From NCBI GenBank assembly GCA_001949185.1, contig BDGG01000010.1, forward strand, positions 1,249,773-1,313,772: a DNA stretch of 64,000 nucleotides. Direction: 5' to 3'. This document shows, in pieces, positions 29,788 through 42,020 of this stretch. The first letter of the stretch is position 1. Each line of letters begins with the position of its first letter. The stretch comes from Ramazzottius varieornatus. Taxonomy: Eukaryota > Animalia > Tardigrada. The notes beneath the pieces were generated by a model that saw nothing but the letters and a program-made list of their open reading frames with translations, did no database searches and was not told the origin of the DNA. Both the position numbers and the translations under genes were made by a program.

Positions 29788-30506
29788 CGCACGATGGCAT
29801 GCTTGAGACTGAATATTTTCTTCGGACCACTGTTTTTCAGAAAAGAAATTTACTCGTAGCTTGTATATATTATTAGATTTAGTAGTTAAGATACGATACC
29901 ATAATTTTGTGATGCGTAATGTCTCAACGTTTTCGGTATTACCGGAACGAGGAAGTCGGAATGCTGGTCGCAACACGTTAGTGAAATATGTAGGATAGCA
30001 TGTTAGTTCTGATATTTGATTCCATAGACGGACAGAGACCTTCAATTTGACGATTCGACAATGCGCTCGAGTTGGTGAAGTCCCGCTAACGGACGAAATC
30101 GATTTTTGTTTATTTCTCTGCGGTCGTCGGCATCGTCCAGGTTAAGGATCGAGTTATATTCAGTTCTTCGGGTGGAGTGACGTTGCAGGGGATTGCCATC
30201 TAGCTTGTCTATCGAACTGGTTGCGGGTATAATTTCGGCACAGCGAGCGCCCTTCCTGAAAGAGTTTGATTGTTTACGGTAGGTATACAATGAGTGTAAT
30301 TATTGCCAGTATGTAGTTCTACTACTGTAAATGGGACGTGGGCAAATGAATTCCCAAATTGTAGTACCAAGAGGCGTACCCTCTCGTCCAATTACAAGGC
30401 AGAGTGCGCCAGTTGAGATAACAACCCCGGGTAAAATCATTTACCGACGCCCCATCATGCAGTAGAATCACGTGTTTCTTACCGTTCGTGAATTTGCGCG
30501 GTAAAG

Positions 30507-31358
30507 TCATATAGATCTGCGCCGCACCGCCTGATCCTCCATGTTGTACAAGGATGCATCCAGTGTAACTTTTAGCCATTGTAAGTCGTACTCCTTGAAC
30601 GGCCACAGGAGATCTTGTTCCACAAGGGTACTGTATCTACCACCCAGCGCAACGGGTTGGGTTAAACCGACCAGTTCCTTGATGGGTCGCAGAACTGCTT
30701 CGTCTAGGACCATAAACCCAATATTGCACGATTCGTTTCCCAGAGGAATCGGTAGAATATGGAAATGGAATATACATTTTAGAAATTTCATGGACCCCAC
30801 TGAACTTCCAGGGAGGGTAGGCTCTAAACAACCGCCATAGGCCAAGTGACGACTGTCTTGATAGTTCTGGCGTGGCACGACTTGTACTTATATACCGGGG
30901 TTGTCCGGGTGGAAGATTGGTCGTCATCTTCACAAAAGCACAGTCACTCCAGCAGGTGTAATCAAAGTTGCAGTTTCAACTACTATAATTTGACGGTAGA
31001 GGACATTGAGAAAATACCAGTTCGAGTTAGCTCTGAGTTACAGGGTTTCTCTTTCATGGTGAGGGGCGTTTACAAGGTCCTTCCGCCAGGTACCCGAGAC
31101 CCTGAAAAACGGGGTTGCGCTATAGCTAGTTACAGGGGAGTACGCTACATACTTGATAACACAATTACAGTTCCACCGGATGTTACCTGCATAAACGAAC
31201 AGAATGTGCTACGTTCAGGCTCCGCAAAACTTCCATCCACAATCCACGAGGACACATATCGTAAAGCTGGTCAATGGTCAAACTTCGAATCCTTTTCATC
31301 TCATCGTTGCCGTCCAGTTCTGGAAAATCATCTTCACTTTTGGACAAGGTATTGCTCC
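30507..31358 (-). pseudogene. F-box-containing gene, apparently disabled
   Basis: LYDMCPRGLWMEVLRSLNVAHSVRLC-R-VSGTWRKDL is assembled across a phase-2 intron at 31186-31102; several in-frame stops follow. Confidence 0.5.
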
Positions 31359-31762
31359 TGGTAATTACCCTAGCTATACACGAGCGATTTATTTACTTTT
31401 GAACATCACGACCTCGTGAACTCGAGGACAACTAAATAATAGGGACCTCGAAGAACCGAAAAATGAAATACCAGGTACTCGTACAGGAAAACCGTGAAGT
31501 TATGACGTAATGATCCTACATTCGCAATGCTGCTGTTAAACGACCGGAAGTCGTAATCAGTGATCACTGATCAGATTCAGTTTACTGCGACTTGCGAGTA
31601 ACGATCCTGCAGTCGCGATAACTTTCAACGAGATTAATATCTCCACTTTTCTTGCAGGTTCGACAGAGTCAACTGGACTGACTGGACGTCAAGGATATCA
31701 AGGAAAGCTTGTGCTGGAATCAAGCAAATCTCTTGTGGCACGGAAACACCTGTTGCTCCATA

Positions 31763-33870
31763 ATGGAAGCTTCCGGGACTGACGAGCTGAGTGTCGAGAG
31801 CAGGGATGGGCAATGTCCAGAGCGAGTACTCGGCAGGATATCTGATAGTGCGGGTGTGAAACTTACAGATTTGGCGTTCGCTCAGTTGATGGACAAGAAC
31901 GATCCGCTCCGAGAGACTCGATCCAAGTTCGCATATCCCAAGAATATAACTCTACCAGGAGGTAAGCACACACTTACAATCCGTATTTTCTTAATCGAGT
32001 CGGTATCCCAGGGTGTGTGCTTTGTGCAGTGGATCTGACGATGGTGCTCCCTGACGACGATGCGATATATCTGTGCGGGAACTCACTCGGGCTAATGCCA
32101 CGGAATGCAAGATACTACGTCAACCGCGAGCTGGATAAGTGGAGCGAAGTTGGTGTCTTCGGCCACTTTATTGGCGAACTTCCATGGGCCAAATGCGACG
32201 ACTATGTAGTAGAAGCCTCTGCGAGACTAGTTGGAGCTCACCCCGACGAAGTTGCTGTCATGAGTAGCCTCACGGTAAACTCCATATGGAATATGGTTCC
32301 ACAGAAGCTTTGCGAGATCTGGGCAATTTATTTGTGAAGGTAAACTTGCACCTTCTACTGGCCTCGATGTACCGTCCAGATAGGAAAAGATATAAGATCA
32401 TGATGGAGTCCAAAGCATTCCCATCAGACCATGTAAGTTCTTGGTCGATCCGATTCTGATGGTGCTTTCCACTGACAGTGTGTTCCTGTGCAGTATGTGG
32501 TCGCTTCGCAAATCAAATTCCACGGATACGACCCCGACACTTCGATTGTCCATGTTGCGCCAAGAGAGGTGCGTTATAGCTTACTCGGCACTGTTCCAAG
32601 CGGACAAAGCAATGTACCCATGTTTGTAAGATAAGAAGATTTCAGGGTCAAGCCGTTCTTTTGATGGAAGATATTCTGGAATGCATTGAGAAACACGGTG
32701 AAGAGATTGCCTTAATCCTCTTTAGCGGGGTTCAGTACTATACGGGCCAGCTCTTTGACATGAAACGTATCACGGAAACCGGACATGCCAAGGTTGGTCC
32801 GCTATGCTTGATTGTTATGACTGTTATCGGACTCTAGCCTGCCCGATTTTCTGTAGGGTTGTATTGTTGGGTTTGACCTGGCACACGCGGTGGGAAACGT
32901 GGCGCTGAAGTTGCATGACTGGAACGTAGACTTCGCGGCCTGGTGTACTTACAAGGTAGGCTCCCTACTGCGGTTCTCCATTTCTGTTTGGGCTCGACAA
33001 CCGGAACTTCGTTTGTTTTAGTATCTGAACTCCGGAGCCGGTGGTATCGGCGGACTGTTTTTCCATCAAAGATGGCACGACGGTCACCGGAAAGAACTGC
33101 AGATGGATCCTGTTTGTCGGTTCGAAGGATGGTGGGGACACAGCTTCGAGAAGCGGTTCACCATGGGCAACAGTAGGTGCTACTACGACAGATCAAAAAG
33201 TTCGGGAACACTCGGTGATTAGACGGTGCTCGCTGATCGAATAGTCGTTTAACCGTCACTGCGTTTTTGACAGAAAGGGACCTTGCGCCGGGAGCTGGAG
33301 GTTTCAAGCTGAGCAACCCGCCGCCACTTTTGGTGGCACCTTTGTTGGCCAGTTTGGAGGTACGAACAAGCCCACGAAGCAGACAACGGACTCTACGAAC
33401 AGGAGTTATGAACGATGGTCTTTTTGCAGATTTTCGATTCGCTGAAATTCCAGACGCTTCTGGACAAGCAGCTCCTTCTTACAGGTTATTTGGAGTTCCT
33501 GTTGAAGACTCTCAGCAAGCAAGCGGAAGTGGAGAACCGACCAATTTCCGTTCTGGAAATCTTGACTCCTTCGGACTCGTCACAGCGTGGTTGCCAGTTG
33601 TCGATAACTCTGCGGATACCGGTGGCGGAAGTCCATGCTGCCCTAATGAAGCAAGGAGTTGTGGTACGCGGTGTGACAGAAAGTTTCTCCTCTGATGAAA
33701 TCGTTCGGATACTGAGCCTGTCTCCGTCCTTCTTGTAGTGTGACGAAAGGAAGCCTCGAGTAATTCGGGTGGCACCTGCACCGCTGTACAACTCTTTTAC
33801 GGATGTCTTCCGGTTCTACCAGGCCTTGAAAGTGGTACTGGAAAGCTTTGAAACGGTCTACGTGGGATGA
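31763..33870 (+). CDS. kynu: Kynureninase, multi-exon
   Basis: [53 protein letters not shown] lysine in [37 protein letters not shown]. Confidence 0.97.
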
Positions 33871-34176
33871 AAGGTCCGCCGTTCGGCGGCTCCGACCAAA
33901 TTTATTGCTCAAAAGAATGTTTCCTAGTTCAAATACGCAGATTCTTATGAGGGCGTATACAAGTTTCAACTATTCAGGGGAACAAATATTTTATATCATA
34001 GATTTTAGTAATACCATCACCAACCCTCTTTTCGAACTGATCCCCGTTGCCAAGTTTATTGCACTGTATCTAGATCGTCAATTAGGGCACAACGAGTTCA
34101 AAAAAGCAGAAGACATTACGTACACTACGCGAATTGCTTTGAATTACTTGTGGCAAAACCATTAGCAGCGAGCATC

Positions 34177-36665
34177 ATGGACCTACGTCTTCGAGCTTCC
34201 GAAAGTCTTCCTGTTAATCTGGGAGGACGTACTGTAAAGGAGGCGTTAGAAAACCCTCTCGTTGATTCAGCTCGGAACGGACCATCAGCCTTCGTTCTTG
34301 CAGGTAAGCAGCTTCGTTTTCTCCGACCGTATCTCTCAAGGAAGGTGTCTACCGGCTTTTTGAATGAGACATCTCTTTCTCATAGGTATTGCCAATAGAA
34401 GGGCATACGTGCAATGCGAGTGGGTCTTGGACAAGTTCGCTCAAAAGTTTCCCCGCATTCCCGTACGAAAAATCCTTCTCGCGAAACCTCAGTGGCTGGT
34501 AAGTTCGAAACAACCCTTGATTATCTGTATTTTCATCTCTGTAGTTGAAATAAGAATTTTCCATCTTGGATACTGTGAAAAGAGAGTTAATGTCGAGCAG
34601 GTGTTGTAGGACTTCCGATACAAGCTGTGCGGACCTCCGGGTTGGCCTCGAGAAGGTGACGCCATCGTCTACCGGGAAGTTCTCCAGAAGCCACTCCTCT
34701 ACATCGGTGGACTCGATCCTCTTCGTCTGTACCTCAATCAACTTTACTCCTTCCATTGCGACCTGATACCTTCTTCGAAAGTTGACGACTACATCAAGGA
34801 CAACCAGGATGAACTCGTCAGAGACGAACAACAACGCAACCAAGCCATCGACGCCGACGACACCTGGAAAGTCTGCATCATGTCTACGAACCATCTAGAG
34901 ATAGTCCCGTTACAACTGCTCCACTCCCTGGGTACAGTCCCCATCTTTGGAGGTCCTCATAAGAAAGTAGAGTTAACTGTGTACAATACCACAGCGACGT
35001 GGAGTAAGTATAACTACTCGTGGAGGGAAGAACCTATTTATGATTACTATGAAACAAACAAGTGGCGCTTTCCTTTACTCAAGTCCATTACATATGAAAC
35101 CGATTTGGTCGCTTCGGTTGATAAGAAAGACATCATCATTCTTCTGTGGGCGATGCGGGAAGCGGTGTACGATGCGATAGAAGGTAGGACGTATTCGTGG
35201 CGGGAGGGTATGAGCGAGGAACTGCGGGAGATTATCTGCAGTGAAGTGTTGAAAGAGCTACTTCCGGTTGTGTCGGCCTTGGAAAGGGTGGAGGATCTGA
35301 AGAACACAAAGGTATTACTAACCAGTACGAGGTTCAAGACCCCGTTGTCGGCCATCGCATCCTACTTGATGTGGAAGGTTAGAAAACTGCCGGATGCGAA
35401 CCTACTGGTGGACAGCTGTATCGTAGAGCGGAACTACAGGAGCGTCATTGCGGAAGAACTGGGTGTAAGAACGGCGGACGTGCTCAGTACTCCGGTGTGG
35501 GGAAACTTAGGCGGAACCATGCTGATGGACCCAACTGCTGCGAGAGTTTCGGGTAAGCAGAACTTTTCAAGTGAAGCGACTTCGTGCTGTCGCACGAACT
35601 TTCACTGTTTTGGTATCGCTTTCAAATCATGAACTCTTGCTCGAATGAGACTTCGGCAAAGGAATTCATCCAGATCGTTTCCCCAGTTCGCGCACGCGCT
35701 CAGCCACTAACGACGAAAATGTGCGCCACTTGAGACGACCAATCTGGGGGAAAACATTTGCCGACGTCCCAAATAATGAGTTTCTAGTTAGTCAGTTAGT
35801 TAATAGAAATTCTTGCTATAGTTTTGGTTTGATCAACATTACCGCTAGCTGCCTTAGTCGGCAGGGTTTTTAAAAATATGAAATGCAAAGCTTTTACCAA
35901 TAAATGTTTTCGTTGCTGTTATTCGCAGCACTGGGGTGACTTAAAGAGGTTTCTGGTTCGTTTGTAGGATATCAGGGTGCCATCGAAGCGCCGAAAGCTC
36001 TGTCATACTTTTGGCCTCTTCTGGAAGTGTATTCCAACGCCCAGAAGCTGCAAATAGATTTTTCCGTCGATGCACCGAGACGTGCCAATTACATGGAAAT
36101 GTTAGAAGGTTCCCGGTGTTGTTCGCTTTTGGTGGCCGAGCACGCCGTAGAACTGCTTCAACGGTGGTACGGTACATACAAGTACAAACACCAGAATGAA
36201 GAAGGAGATGCCGTATCGGTGGGTGTCTTTTTCGCAGCGGACAAGAAGACCTCCGAAGACAGCACACAAGAAGACACGACAGATATTCCTGGCTTCGTCA
36301 TCGTCACGCCTGTCTTTTTCAAACCAGATGGCAGTTTCCAAGCTGTCAATCAAAATTCCCGAGAAGAGATTGCTGTCATCGTCAAAAAGGCCACTTTCGA
36401 AATCACCGAGTTTCTTGATTGTCTGAAGAGAAATTTCGATGCAGATTTGGGTATTTCGCATGAAGCGAAAGCACCTGAACCTCCGAATCCTTATAAAGTT
36501 GACTCAAGCTTGTTCATCACTTCGAATCGTTTGACTGAAGGTTCTGAAGAGTACAACGAAGAAAGCGAAGAGGAAGAAGAGGAACAAAAAGAGGAGTCGA
36601 CCGATGAGAAACCCGCTGAAGGAGAACAAGAGCAAGAAAGTCCGGACGCGGAGGTCGAACAGTAG
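34177..36665 (+). CDS. mdh1b: Putative malate dehydrogenase 1B (MDH1B), divergent
   Basis: FVLAG..RAYVQCE..DKFAQKFPRIPVRKI..W....C...GW....AIVYRE..LYIGG resembles the MDH1B N-terminal domain; MDH-like VWGNLGG; acidic C-terminal tail. Confidence 0.72.
35646..35772. mobile_element. Palindromic mini-element copy in MDH1B intron
   Basis: TCGGCAAA..CCAGATC..GCGCAC / GTGCGCCACTTG..ATCTGG..TTTGCCGACGTCCCAA. Confidence 0.75.
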
Positions 36666-37280
36666 GTCGATAATGATGGCCATAGTAAGGACACTGTGTG
36701 AATGTGTGAAATATTTTTGGGCTCTTTGATGGTAATGGTTTTGACAAATGGGCATTTACGGAGTCTTTTCATAGTCTTGTCTATTTTTCTTGATATCAAC
36801 ACGATAATGTGCTTAGCTGCCTTTTATTGAAGCGATTATTATTCTTGCGGATATTTATGCCCACGGAGACACCCGTTGCATAATGGATTTCTGTAAATTG
36901 AGAAGCTAACAGCGGGTATGTCATGTCGCGGCGGGATTGATAGAGCTTATAACGATCGTAGCTAAGAAGGAAGTAAGGCGGAATAGTAGATCGAGGGAGA
37001 GACAAGCTGTAAGATTCTGTTTGGCTTTTTGCGATTGAATATCATTAGAGGAATTTTAGTTGGTGCTTGATGACTTGTCAAAGAAGCTGCTGATGCTCAT
37101 GCGTGAATATGAATGAAGGGAAAGAAGCGCGATGTTAGAAAGGCACACGAGATGGATTTGCCACTTGATAGAACGAAAGAACGCTTGCAACAAGCTGCAC
37201 TCATGGCCGGAAATTTTATAGCGGGAACGTCAAAGTAACTTCTTGTCTTGATGTGTTGCCGATGCCAGCGAAAAGGCTCG

Positions 37281-40200
37281 TTACTCTTTGCCGCGAATGG
37301 TTGAACCCAAATGAAGGCCGTTCTGGGTTCCCGAGTACATGTTACTTCCGGGTCCGCTGTTGACATTGTGGTGACCATTGTGCATCAGTCCGTTGTTAAA
37401 ATTGCCGTTGGACAGAAGACCGGCTGCCGCTGCGTAAGGAGCAAAGTTGTAGAGAGCGTTCTGGTCGCCGAAGGGACCACCGAACTGGGCGGGCATGGGG
37501 GAGTACTGGTGTTGTTGTTGCATGAAGGAAGAGGCCGCAGCAGCGGCTAAGGCAGCTGCCGTGCTGAAGTCGTAATACGAGGAGGCTGACCCGTTGGTCG
37601 GTGGCGGCGAAGTGGCCGATGGCGAGAGGCCTTGGCTATTTTGGGATTGTGTGCTGTTGGGTGAGACGTTGGCCGAGTGGCCTCCGTTGGGTGTGTTGGG
37701 TAAGAATAAATTAGGCGACAGCAGGATGGGTGATGGGTAAATGTATGGCGAAGGGTATCTATCAAAGAGAAGATGAGATGCACTTGGTTCATGTACTGTG
37801 ACAGCTCGAGATGATAAACAGACCGGTAGCGCCAATTTTAGCTCTAATTTGAATTTCGCAGCTCTCCAGAAGTTACAGATGGACACGTCGCATACAAATT
37901 CACCAAGATCGCTATCCCTGGCCGCGCACCATTTTCGTTACTTTGGGCTGAAAGGGTGCGTCACTGAGGAAACTTTCCGGTTCGATTCGCTTGCCAATTG
38001 GGAGCTTTGCGTACAAAACGCACAAGATCGCTATGTTCAGCGGCGCACCTTTCTACCCAATAACAATGAAACCGTACGCCGCTTGAGAGAACAATCATGT
38101 ACGTTCTGTTCTCCCAGCTGCCAATTGTTCTGATCATCTCAGAGAGTTAGTGTATCGTTCCTGCAAGAATATTACTCTGAGTTTGTGTGAGTATATTGTC
38201 ATTTTAACTGTTTCCTGTTGATCTGTCTGAGTAAAAGTCAGACGTAGGCAAGGAAGTTGGCTCTGGGAACTCTGCAGGAGCATCTCTGACACGTCAAGAG
38301 TGACGTCGAGGCAAATATGGCTGACGAAGTAAAGTGGAAGATGGTGCGTCCATGGATGGGAAAAAGTGTTTGTTGACTCGGCTAGATAAATTTGCACTTA
38401 CCCTAGTGGACTCTGAAGGAATGGGGCGTAACTGGCCGCCGCAGCGCGAGCTTGAAGAGCAGCTGGAATAAAAATAACATCGTCAGGCACACACATGGGT
38501 TCGATCTGATGCAAGAATGGAGGCAAGTTGTGTCCCCCCCAACCATCAGACATCAGCAGAACGTGATGGTGCACTCTCACACATCCTAAGTGCACAAATA
38601 ATCATGCCAGAAACAACATCTGGTCAAGCCAAGATCGACAAGAAGGAGCCCCGGAAGGCCGCCTCGTTATCGGAGCTTAGAGAAACCACAGCTCTTCAGC
38701 TGAAGTACCGACCCATCAAATAGAAAAACTTCGCGTACCGTCATCACGATCTCAGGTCGTTCCCTAACGGTAGTGGCTGTTCCTACTCAGCGTGTCCGGG
38801 TAAACTGGGAGCCCAGGAAACTCAGAATACACTGAGTGTCACACACCTGCTTACAACGAACCGTGGGTCTGCCAGATTGTGCATGCGTGCAAGTGCATGG
38901 GAAACAGATACAGTGCGTTTGGGTCTGCAGGTAAAGTGTCCAACCTTCCCGACTCCGACCTGGGAAGACCGCCAGTGAGTCGGACCATCAATCAAATCGG
39001 AAAACTGTGTCCCTCTCTTGTTCTAAACCCGAACAAGGTTTGCGAAGCTCGAGACGATTAATAATTCCCCGAGAACAGCAGGGTGCCGGACCAGGCGATA
39101 AATGGATGTCCTGTCAGCGGACAGATTTATGAATCGGTGAGGCTTGTTTGACATGAGCATGTTTGACAGCTTTTATCGCTTTTCTTCTGCAAGTAGCTAT
39201 TTTCACGAGATTGACTTGCAAAAGCTGACCTACTGTGTTGTGCATTCATGTCCACTTCTTTGGCAGACAAATAACTTAGCACCAAATTAAAGACCTCGTG
39301 GCCATGTTATGAAACTACTGATCAAACAGCGCATGCATAGCTTCGATTTCGAACCTCTGACGTTATCGCGGAACAACGATTTTTAGTTTAAATCTGCGAC
39401 GAGCTCTTGACCTTTCAGACAATCAAACTCAAAGAACTGGGAGGAATGTCGCCCGTCAACTCTATCATAATACATTTATTTTGCAGATTATATATTGCAG
39501 ACGGGAACTTTGCAGTTAGAAACTTTGCAGACGGACTCGAGCTCCATTGAAAATATGGACGGCTGGATATACAGAGCAGCATAACGATTATTCCATCGAC
39601 CTGAATTCAAACAGGACTCATGATAAATTAGTCACGAAATCAATGAAGTACACTCTACTCACTGGAATTTTGAAAGGCTGAACAGTGAATATTCCTCGGT
39701 TATTTCCGCAACTTTGTTTGATGGGCAGAAGTAACTGAACAATAATTGGGACGGTAGCAAACGATTTCTCTGACCCTCACCTCAAATGGCACAGCTTTCC
39801 TCTGTAACTGGATAATCTGGATTAGAGCGTGCGCCACTTGGGGATACTGCCCGGTCAAATTCATTTGCCGACGTCCGACTTTCTATTGGTTGATGATTTG
39901 GAATCAAAATTTTGATGATAAGAGAGGCGAATAAGTTCATTGTTACGAATTAGGGATGGTTTATTAATGGGCGTATCGTAAAGTCCTCGCGTGCCAACAA
40001 GCCTATCGCCGTTATACCGGCTGCCTAATTATACAGCTCGGTTTTGCTTCGATGTCACTTGCGCAGTAGTTAGCCTTCTTGGACGGATCAAAGCTATGGA
40101 TGGATCTTCACAGTTTGAAAAGACAGTACATTGGTTGCATCACTTGGAAGCAAAGGCCGCAAAGGAACTATTTCGGGCTTATTATCAAAGTGGAAAGATC

Positions 40201-42020
40201 ATACTGTGATTCACATGTCTGCCTACATCGCCAAGGATCCGATATGCGAGGTCGCCATCAACCCTTTTCTAAATGGATCCAACGATGAAGATGGAATTAC
40301 ACTGTAAACACACTTCAGGGAACAGAAGCCGCAATCTCTGAGCAAATTGTCCTCTTCCCTTTCACAAGTGCACCCATCCGCCCTCCAATTCCATGAAAAG
40401 TGTGTGAGAAAAAAAGATGGTGGAGTGTCCTATAATCAATCATTCAACTTGTCATCAATTGAACGACGAAATACTTTTACAGAACGCTCTTAACATAGTC
40501 ATGTCTAGCTGCCATCATTCAGAAGCCGCAACATTGCCATCCCATCATTCAAGGTTTCGAAGAACATATTTTTGAGTTTTGACCGGATAGCCTCCATACT
40601 TCCGAACATTCGATACAAGGAAGTAACTGTGATGTGGGCAAATGAACTAAACCAGATCGTCATCCTAATTGGCGCACAGTTTCATTGTTATTGACGGGAA
40701 GATTGCGCCACTTAGGAAGGCGATCTGGTTTGAATCGTTTGCCGACGGCACAGTTGACTCTGTGGCGGAAAACTATCAATAAAAATAATGGAAAGTTTTG
40801 ATTGCTTCCTGGAGCCTGTTTCTTAATATTCGAGAAACGGCAAACAACTTTCTACAGTTGCGCTGAGGGGCAGTCTACCGCCTGATGCGACCGACGGCAC
40901 TTAGATTTGGCCCATCGTTACGTAAGCCATGCTCATTATGCAGATTTGTGAATAGGCATTAAGGCGAATCGATTATTTGTGCAATCATTCAGACTATTTG
41001 GTTTTGCTGAACCACTTCCAGCTGACGCAAGATGGAGGGAAAAGCTCGTGTACCGTTGCAGCGCGCACTTACCAATCCCATTGGTCCGTGGTTTAGCTCC
41101 CAGATATGCCAGATTGACATTGGCTTTCCGACCGTCAATAATCGGATTAGGCTCTTTACATGCTCGCTCCGCCGATAGCCGATCCAGCATCGTTACCTAA
41201 ATCAAAGCGCAACAGTTTAGCCACGATTAAGATAATCGGATCAATTAGGAAAAAATGAAATGAGGATAAACTATAACAAATGCAGAAAATTTTCGAGAGC
41301 TAAGCGAACAAAACGTACAAGATCGTTAGTTCAAGTGGCGCACACTTCGAGCCAGTGACAATGACAATGTGCGCCAGTGACAATGACGAACCTGCACGCT
41401 TTGTCTGACTAGCTCCCATGTTTGTTTGAAAAACGTTCGATGTAGTTCTAAGAAACCTAAGAACATATTCAGCTGTATGGAAAAAAGCCTGGCAAATTTC
41501 GGGGTTAAAACCAGTGGACAAAGACAACGCATACGAAGCCATAGCCGCGGCTCTTGGCCGTTTGGCGATCCGTGATGACCACAGCTTCTTCGATATCCCC
41601 GAAGACTTCAAAGTACTGGCGCAATGTTTCATCCGATGTATGATAAGGCAGACCTCCAACGAAAATCTTGGTGAAGGTTGTATCCTTGTACATGGAGGGA
41701 TAGACGTGAGGATGATGATGAGGCTGTGGCTGCGACGAGGAAGAGCCATTGTTGTGGCCGTTTTGATTGACGACAGCTCCCGACTGGGAGGTCGTGCCAG
41801 AAGTGGACGAAGTCACCACAGGACTTCCAGCCGTGCTGGCCGGCAGAGTGCTGCTGATATTTCCTGTGGCCGAGGAGGAGGTGGTGGTGGTATTTGGTCC
41901 CATTTGTTGAGCGAGATTTGGCTGGTGCTGTGCTGTGCCGGTAATGGCGGTAACGACAGGCGAGGAAGGCCCAACAGCACTGCTAATTGGCAGACTCTTG
42001 TCAGCTTCTGTCGACGACAT
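37281..42020 (-). CDS. rbm24: RBM24/RBM38 (SUP-12-like) RRM splicing regulator, 4 coding exons
   Basis: [17 protein letters not shown]...[16 protein letters not shown]|VTM...[27 protein letters not shown]; exons 42020-41535, 41196-41073, ~38463-38401, ~37759-37281. Confidence 0.94.
40625..40755. mobile_element. Palindromic mini-element (MITE-like), best-preserved copy, in RBM24 intron
   Basis: AACTGTG..GGCAAATG..AAACCAGATCG..CCTAATTGGCGCA / TGCGCCACTTAGG..CGATCTGGTTT..CGTTTGCC..CACAGTT. Confidence 0.8.
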
